Positions 58,343 to 64,000 of a stretch of 64,000 nucleotides of DNA are shown here, piece after piece; the first letter of the stretch is position 1, and every line of letters begins with the position of its first letter. Source of the stretch: Thermoanaerobaculia bacterium. Lineage in GTDB: Bacteria > Acidobacteriota > Thermoanaerobaculia > Multivoradales > JAGPDF01. Both the position numbers and the translations under genes were made by a program. The notes under the pieces are model-generated. The model searched no databases, was not told where the DNA came from, and was given only the letters and a program-made list of their open reading frames with translations. The stretch lies in NCBI GenBank assembly GCA_046331385.1, contig JAXLQW010000001.1, positions 196,167 to 260,166 on the forward strand. Reading direction: 5' to 3'.

Positions 58343-60685
58343 TCACTCAGAGCCGGTGCGCAGGAGAGGCAGCAGGCTCGAGTGGTCGTCGGTCCAGAGG
58401 GGGAAGTCGGAGGTGTCGTCGGGGGCCGCGGTCGCGAGCTCGGCGATTCCGGGATCGTCGAACGCCGCCGGGTCGCGGGAGAGGAGGATCCAGAGGCTGT
58501 GCCAGGTCTCGCCGTCGGGCGCGGCCGGGGTGTCGATCGTCACCCCGTGCAGGCCGAGCTCGCGCGCCTGCCGCCAGACGACGCGCGGCAGGTCGAGATC
58601 GCGGTTCGAGGCGTTGATCGCCAGGATGCCGCCGGGCGACTGGAGGCTCGCGAGGTAGAGCGCGAACGCCTCGCGGGTCAGCAGGTGCGCCGGCACCGCG
58701 CCGCTCGAGAAGGCGTCGAGCACCAGGAGATCGAAGGGTCGCTCCCGGCCCAGCCGGCGCTCGTCCTCGAGGCGGACGCGGGCGTCGCCCAGGACGACTT
58801 CGGTCGTCGCCGGCGAGTCGGCGAGGAAACTGAAGAAGCCGCCCTCGCCGCGCGCCAGGCGCGCCACCGCCGGACTGATCTCGTAGAAGCGGACGCTGTC
58901 ACCGCGCTCGGCGAGCGCCGCGACCGTGCCGACCCCGAGACCCAACACGCCGATGCGCAGTCCCGAGTCCGGGACCTCGGAGCGCCGCGGGTGGTGGCGG
59001 ACCGCGGCGGCGACGCCGCTCTGCGGGCCGTAGTAGGCGGTCGGCCGGTCGCGCCGCTCTCCCGGCGCGTATTGGAATCCGTGCACGATGCGTCCGTGCA
59101 GGAGCCAGAAGGCGTGCCGCGCCTCGTCGGCGGGCGCGACCTCCTCGACCCGCAGCACGGCGAAGAAGTCGCGCAGGGCGAAGCGCGACCCGGCGGTGAG
59201 CGCCGCGCCGTGGACCCCGAGGGTAGCGGCGAGCAGGGCGAACGCGCCGCCGAGCTCGACGCGCGCCACGAATCGCCGCGGCAGCGGGCTCGCGCGCAGG
59301 CGCCAGGCGAGGAAGCCGGCGCCGGCGAGCGTCGCGCCGACGACGAGCGCGCGCAGATCGGCGATGCCGTGGCGGTTCGGGACCACGCTGCCCTTCTGCA
59401 GCGCCGAGCCGACGAGCCACGAGGCGCCGAGCGCGGCGGTGGCGAGCGTCCCCAGGGTGGAGATCGGGCGCGGCATGGTCGAGGGCTCCGTCATGCGAGC
59501 CCAGAGGACGAAGCCGCAGGCGGCGAGGATCGCCGCGTGCAACTCCCAGGGCCCGTGCAAAGCGAGCGGTGCGACGACCGCGACCAGCGCGCCGCCGAGC
59601 GCGCCGCCGAGGGCGATCGCCAAGTAATAACCCGTGAGCCAGCGCGCCGGCGGCTGGCGGCGCGCGAGCTCGCCGTGGCAGGCGAGAGCGCCGGCGAAGA
59701 GCAGGAGCGAGAAGACGCCGACCTGCGCCGCGACCGGCAGATCGAGCTGGTAGTAGAGAACGAGGCAGGCGGCCGTGACGGCGGCGACGAGCAAGGGTCC
59801 GGTGAGCCGCCGATCCCGCCAGCGCGGTCCGCGAAACGCCAGGACGTAGGTCGCGAGGTAGATCGCGAGCGGCAGCACCCAGAGGATCGGCAGAACCGGC
59901 AGCTCCTGGCAGATCTGCCGGCTCACGGCGAGCAGCAGCGCCGAACCGGCGAGCGCCAGCCCGAGCCAGAGGGTGCGGCCGCGTAGGCCCGGCGGATCGC
60001 CGGACGGCTCGGCCGTCGCCAGGTGCGCGCCGGTGGAGCGCTCGGGCTCTCCGGTCCGGCGCGCCACGAGCCAGCTCACGGCGGCGAGGAGAGCGAAGAG
60101 GCCGCTCCAGAGCGCCGCCTGGCGGGCGAGCGGCAGGAGCGGCTCGACGGCGAGGACGTAGGTGAGCAGGCCGAGGAGCGAGCCGAGGTTCGACGGCGCG
60201 TAGAGGCGATACGCGGCGGCGCTCGTTCGCGCGCCCGCGACCCACGCCTGGACGAGTGGCGAGGTCGCCGCGAGCGCCAGGGCGGGCAGGCCGGCGCTCG
60301 CGGCGAGCAGGCGCAGGATCTGGCCGATCGGATTCGATCCGGCGGGCGCGCGCCAGCCAGCCGGAGGCAGGAGCGGCGAGCCCCAACTCGCGGCGTGGAG
60401 AGCCAGGGTCGCGCTCGCGGCGACGAGCAGCGCGCCGTGCACCAGCGCCTGGCGCCGCGGCGGGAGCCAGCGCACGAGCGCGTGGGCGTAGGCGTAGCCG
60501 GCGAGGAGCGCGGTCTGGAAGAAGAGCAGGCAGGTGAGCCAGACCGCGGGCGCGCCGCCGAACCAGGGCAGCAGTCGCTTGCCGAGGATCAGTTGGACCT
60601 CGAAGAGCAGGAAGCCGGCGAGAAAGACCGTGGCGCCGCACTCGAGCGGCGCGCGATCCTCAGCCGGCCCGGGGCGCGGCTCCAT
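58343..60685 (-). CDS. Membrane-anchored spermidine/spermine synthase-like protein (N-terminal polytopic domain fused to an aminopropyltransferase-like domain)
   Basis: 780 aa. About 12 TM helices in the N-terminal domain, then a C-terminal SAM-MTase/spermidine-synthase-like region (…RIGVLGLGVGT…, …DLLVLDAFSS…). Confidence 0.7.
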   Translation of the reverse strand: MEPRPGPAEDRAPLECGATVFLAGFLLFEVQLILGKRLLPWFGGAPAVWLTCLLFFQTALLAGYAYAHALVRWLPPRRQALVHGALLVAASATLALHAASWGSPLLPPAGWRAPAGSNPIGQILRLLAASAGLPALALAATSPLVQAWVAGARTSAAAYRLYAPSNLGSLLGLLTYVLAVEPLLPLARQAALWSGLFALLAAVSWLVARRTGEPERSTGAHLATAEPSGDPPGLRGRTLWLGLALAGSALLLAVSRQICQELPVLPILWVLPLAIYLATYVLAFRGPRWRDRRLTGPLLVAAVTAACLVLYYQLDLPVAAQVGVFSLLLFAGALACHGELARRQPPARWLTGYYLAIALGGALGGALVAVVAPLALHGPWELHAAILAACGFVLWARMTEPSTMPRPISTLGTLATAALGASWLVGSALQKGSVVPNRHGIADLRALVVGATLAGAGFLAWRLRASPLPRRFVARVELGGAFALLAATLGVHGAALTAGSRFALRDFFAVLRVEEVAPADEARHAFWLLHGRIVHGFQYAPGERRDRPTAYYGPQSGVAAAVRHHPRRSEVPDSGLRIGVLGLGVGTVAALAERGDSVRFYEISPAVARLARGEGGFFSFLADSPATTEVVLGDARVRLEDERRLGRERPFDLLVLDAFSSGAVPAHLLTREAFALYLASLQSPGGILAINASNRDLDLPRVVWRQARELGLHGVTIDTPAAPDGETWHSLWILLSRDPAAFDDPGIAELATAAPDDTSDFPLWTDDHSSLLPLLRTGSE

Positions 60686-60691
60686 CGCCGC

Positions 60692-61900
60692 TCACACGAC
60701 CCCGCGCGCGGCGAGGCCGGCGAGCGCGGCGGCGTCGATTCCGAGCTCGGCGTAGACCTCGCGGTTGTGCGCGCCGAGGTCGGGGCCGGGGAAGTCGGTG
60801 TGGCCCGGGGTGGATTCGAGCCGGGGCGCGATCGCCGGCAGGACGAGCTCCCTTCCCGCGAGGTCGAAGCGCTCGAACAGGCCGCGCGCCCGGTAGTGCG
60901 GATTCGCCAGCAGGTCGGCCGGGGTGGCGATCGCGGCGCAGGGGACGGCCGCTTGCACCAGCCGGGCCTCGACCTCGGCGGCGGGCAGGGTCCGCGTCCA
61001 GGCCGCGATCGCCTCGTCGACCTCGGCCTGGCGCTCGACCCGGCCGGAGTTGGTCGCCAGGAGCGGATCGCGCGCGAGGTCGGGGCGGCCGGCGGCTTCC
61101 ATCAGGCGGCGGAAGAGCGATTCACCGTTGGCGCCGATGACCACCGCCTCGCCGCCGGCACACGGGTAGAGGTTGCTCGGCACGACGCCGGTGATCGTGG
61201 TGCCCGAGGGACCGCGGACGACGCCGCGCGCCGCCTCCGGGATCACCGACTCGAGCAGGTTGAGCACCGCTTCGCTGATCGCGACGTCGACCACCTGTCC
61301 TCGTCCGTCGCGCTCGCGGGCGCGCAGCGCGAGCAGCGTGCCGAGCGCGGCGTGCAGGCCGGCGACCGAATCGCCGAGCGAGAGGTTGGCGCGCACCGGC
61401 GGCTCGCCGGGAACGCCGGTCAGGTGTCGCAGGCCGGCGGCCGCCTCGCAGACGGCGGCGAATCCCGGGCGGTCGGCATGGGGCCCGGTCTGGCCGAAGC
61501 CCGAGACGCGCACCACGATCAGACGCGGGTTCTCCGCGAGGAGCCGCGCGGGGTCGAGGCCCCAGCTCTCGAGGGTTCCCGGCCGGAAGTTCTCGAGCAG
61601 CACGTCGGCGCGCCGGATCAGCCGGCGGGCGATCGCCCGGCCCTCGTCGCCGCGCAGATCGAGCGTCACGCAGCGCTTGTTGCGCGCCAGCGAGCGCCAC
61701 CAGAGCGACGTCCCGTCGTCGACGAAACGCCAATCGCGCACCGGGTCGCCCGCGCCCGGAGCCTCGACCTTGATCACTTCAGCGCCGTGGTAGGCGAGGA
61801 TCGTGCCGGCGAACGGCCCGGCCATCAACTGCCCGAGCTCCACCACCCGCACCCCGGCGAGCGCGCGGTGGTCGACTCCCGGATCCTCGTTCCGACTCAT
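60692..61900 (-). CDS. Family III CoA-transferase (CaiB/BaiF)
   Basis: …LAGVRVVELGQLMAGPFAGTILAYHGAEVIKVE… is the canonical N-terminus. ATG 61900 with SD gagga. The 479-aa ORF has a shadow N-terminal extension. Confidence 0.8.
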   Translation of the reverse strand: MSRNEDPGVDHRALAGVRVVELGQLMAGPFAGTILAYHGAEVIKVEAPGAGDPVRDWRFVDDGTSLWWRSLARNKRCVTLDLRGDEGRAIARRLIRRADVLLENFRPGTLESWGLDPARLLAENPRLIVVRVSGFGQTGPHADRPGFAAVCEAAAGLRHLTGVPGEPPVRANLSLGDSVAGLHAALGTLLALRARERDGRGQVVDVAISEAVLNLLESVIPEAARGVVRGPSGTTITGVVPSNLYPCAGGEAVVIGANGESLFRRLMEAAGRPDLARDPLLATNSGRVERQAEVDEAIAAWTRTLPAAEVEARLVQAAVPCAAIATPADLLANPHYRARGLFERFDLAGRELVLPAIAPRLESTPGHTDFPGPDLGAHNREVYAELGIDAAALAGLAARGVV

Positions 61901-62019
61901 CGCGGCTCCTCGTTCCGGCGCGCGCCAGTCTATGGGACCCCGGGGCACCGCTCCGCGGAGCCCGGCGCTCCACCCGCGCGGGTGGCGGTGGCGCGCGGCG
62001 CCTGCGATCCAATCGCGGC

Positions 62020-64000
62020 GTGCGCCGGCGATTGCTCTCGCGGCTCCTCTCCCTCGCGGCGGCCGCCGGCCTGGCGGGGACGGCGGACCTCGCCGCGGCG
62101 CGAGACGCGAGCCCGGCGCCGGAGGCGCCACGGCCGCGCCTGGCGCTCGTGCTCTCCGGCGGCGGCGCGCTCGGCGTGGCGCATGTCGGCGTCCTGCAGG
62201 TGCTCGAGGAGCTCCACGTCCCGGTCGACTGCGTCGCGGGCACGAGCATGGGGGCGATCATCGGCGGCCTCTATGCCGCCGGTTACTCGCCCGCCGAGCT
62301 CGAGGATCTGGTGCGCACCCTCGATTGGAACGGCTTCGTCCGCGATCGGCCGGATCGGCGCCACCTTCCCTTCCGCCGCAAGGTCGACGATCTGAACTAT
62401 CTGTCGCAGTGGGAGTTCGGCCTCGGCCGCAAGGGATTGCTGCAACCGCCGGGGTTGGTCGCCGGACACCGGCTCGGCGCCGAGCTCGACCTGCTCGCGT
62501 TGCGCGCGGCGGGAGTCGGCGATTTCGACCGCTTGCCGCTGCCGTTCCGCGCCGTGGCCGCCGACGCCGCGAGCGGCGAGACCATGGTGCTCGACCACGG
62601 CGATCTCTCCCGAGCGCTGCGCGCCAGCATGGCGGTGCCCGGACTCTTCGCGCCGGTCGACGTCGAAGGACGGCGGCTGATCGACGGCGGGGTGGTGGCC
62701 AACTTGCCGGTCGACGCCGCGCGGGCGATGGGCGCCGAGGTGGTGATCGCGGTCGATCTCGGCAAGCCGCTCGCGTCGCGAGAGCGGCCCGAGTCGATCG
62801 CCGCGGTGCTCTCGCAGTCGCTCGACGTCCTCAGCCGGCGAGAGGTCGAACGGTCGCTCGCGAGCTCCGAAGTCGCGATCCGCCCCGCGGTCGAGGGTCT
62901 CGGTCTGCTCGATTTCGATGCCGCCGCGCGCCTGCTCGCGAGCGGCGCCGCGGCGGCGCGCGCCGAGGCCGGGGCGTTGCGGCGCTACGCGGTCGACGAC
63001 GTTGCGTGGGCGGCGTACCTCGCGCGCCAGCGGCGTCCGGCGCCCAGGCTCGCGATCCGTTCGCTGGCGGTCGATCCGGCCGGGGCGCTCTCCGCGGGCG
63101 CCGCTCGCCGCGCGGTCCACACCGCGCCCGGCCGCGAGCTCGACGCCGCGATCCTCGCGGCCGACCTCGACCGGCTCTGGGAGCTCGGCGACTACGACTC
63201 CGTCGGCTTCACGCTCGCGCCGGCGGGGGAGGGCGAATTCGACCTGCGGATCGTGGCGCGCAAGAAGCCCTGGGGGCCGAACTTCCTGCGCACCGGTCTG
63301 TCGCTCACCTCGGATCTCGAAGGGGCGAGCGGCTTCAATCTCCTCGGCGCGCTCACGCTCACCGAGCTCGATCGCCTGGGTGGGGAGCTCAAGCTCCAGT
63401 CGCAGCTCGGCGAGACGCCGATCCTGGGCCTGCTGCTCCGCCAGCCGATCGCCCGCTCGCGCGTGCCGTTCGTCTCTGCGGTGCTGTCGGTCCGTCAGCG
63501 CAAGCAGTCGGTCCCGGTCGGCGACCAGCTCGTGCAGTACCGGTTTCGCGAAGTGGAGACCGGACTCGACCTCGGTCTCGATCTCGGGCGCTATGGCGAG
63601 CTGCGGGTGGGCCTGCGCCACGCCCGGACCAGCAGCCACGCCTTCGGCGACCGGCCGGCCGAGACGCCGCGCTTCGACCGTACCGACGCCGGCTACCACG
63701 CGAGCCTGATCCTCGACCAATTGGACCGGGTCAACTATCCGCGCCGTGGCCTCCTGCTGACGACCGAGCTCTACGACGCCGAGAGCGGCCTCGGATCGGA
63801 CGACGAGTACCGGCGCTTCGACTTGCAGACGGTCGCCGCGCACACGCTCGGCCGCCACACTCTGGTGGCGCTGATCCACGGCAGCTCGGCCCTCGGCGGC
63901 GAGTTGCCAGCCGCCAAGCGGGTGCAGCTCGGGGGGCTGTTCAATCTCTCGGGCTTCCCGCAGGGCCGGGTGAGCGGCAGTTACGGCGGCGTCGGGGCCC
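62020..64000 (+). CDS. Patatin-like phospholipase fused to a POTRA/Omp85-type C-terminal region (PlpD-like, type Vd secretion); 3' end outside the window
   Basis: GTG 62020, signal peptide VRRRLLSRLLSLAAAAGLAG. Patatin motifs: GGGALGVAH (G-rich loop), GTSMG (lipase Ser), DGG (Asp dyad). The rest of the window is open in this frame. It is absent from the ORF track because no stop lies in the window. Confidence 0.65.
   Translation, partial: MRRRLLSRLLSLAAAAGLAGTADLAAARDASPAPEAPRPRLALVLSGGGALGVAHVGVLQVLEELHVPVDCVAGTSMGAIIGGLYAAGYSPAELEDLVRTLDWNGFVRDRPDRRHLPFRRKVDDLNYLSQWEFGLGRKGLLQPPGLVAGHRLGAELDLLALRAAGVGDFDRLPLPFRAVAADAASGETMVLDHGDLSRALRASMAVPGLFAPVDVEGRRLIDGGVVANLPVDAARAMGAEVVIAVDLGKPLASRERPESIAAVLSQSLDVLSRREVERSLASSEVAIRPAVEGLGLLDFDAAARLLASGAAAARAEAGALRRYAVDDVAWAAYLARQRRPAPRLAIRSLAVDPAGALSAGAARRAVHTAPGRELDAAILAADLDRLWELGDYDSVGFTLAPAGEGEFDLRIVARKKPWGPNFLRTGLSLTSDLEGASGFNLLGALTLTELDRLGGELKLQSQLGETPILGLLLRQPIARSRVPFVSAVLSVRQRKQSVPVGDQLVQYRFREVETGLDLGLDLGRYGELRVGLRHARTSSHAFGDRPAETPRFDRTDAGYHASLILDQLDRVNYPRRGLLLTTELYDAESGLGSDDEYRRFDLQTVAAHTLGRHTLVALIHGSSALGGELPAAKRVQLGGLFNLSGFPQGRVSGSYGGVGA

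Noticed and set aside
60023-62395. 790-aa plus-strand ORF spanning the CoA-transferase locus
   Set aside because: It is antisense to a well-conserved CaiB-family gene and its translation is Arg/Glu/Gly low complexity. Its 3' end is out of frame with the genuine patatin gene that starts at 62020.

Overview
This 64 kb window is a high-GC (~70%) bacterial chromosomal segment. It is densely coded: I call about 57 CDS. Many adjacent genes overlap by 4 nt at the start/stop (ATGA, GTGA or TTGA). GTG and TTG starts are frequent. I found no rRNA, tRNA, CRISPR array or transposase. Long antisense or alternate-frame ORFs with Arg/Ala/Pro/Gly-rich translations overlie most real genes; I treat these as GC-driven shadows.

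Recognisable content, in order:
- proline dehydrogenase, class I amidotransferase, YkgJ-type Cys-cluster protein, recN;
- an overlap-coupled chain of tsaC-like, S55 peptidase, a secreted beta-propeller-like protein and coaD;
- adenosine deaminase, DUF3014 protein, M28 peptidase, DUF2071 protein, and a leuB-like/leuA-like pair;
- a minus-strand Sec-type (clade II-like) nitrous-oxide reductase cluster: cytochrome c, nosZ, nosD, nosF, nosL, nosY and an extra membrane protein;
- MBL hydrolase, xerC/D-type recombinase, SLT lytic transglycosylase and a HAMP-PP2C (SpoIIE-like) phosphatase;
- an isolated nuoB, fused nuoCD and nuoI module, followed by a flotillin-like SPFH protein and an alpha/beta hydrolase;
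- korAB (2-oxoglutarate:ferredoxin oxidoreductase), a secreted protein with a PEP-CTERM-like tail, and glgX;
- an unusual cluster of two ATP-grasp ligases, an S51-peptidase-like protein, two Fes/esterase-D-type esterases, a hotdog thioesterase and an SDR;
- malQ, a HepT/MntA type VII toxin-antitoxin pair, and a secreted hypothetical protein;
- an operon selD-glgC-glgA followed by two paralogous GT-C-like polytopic membrane proteins;
- a membrane-anchored spermidine-synthase-like protein, a family III CoA transferase, and a PlpD-like patatin/Omp85 (type Vd) protein that runs off the window end.

Non-coding observations:
- a 74-bp tandem repeat array (about 2.5 copies) with a strange pyrimidine-rich tract immediately upstream of selD;
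- a related single-copy element with GA/CT-rich flanks downstream of glgX;
- a possible FNR-type half-palindrome in the nos promoter region.
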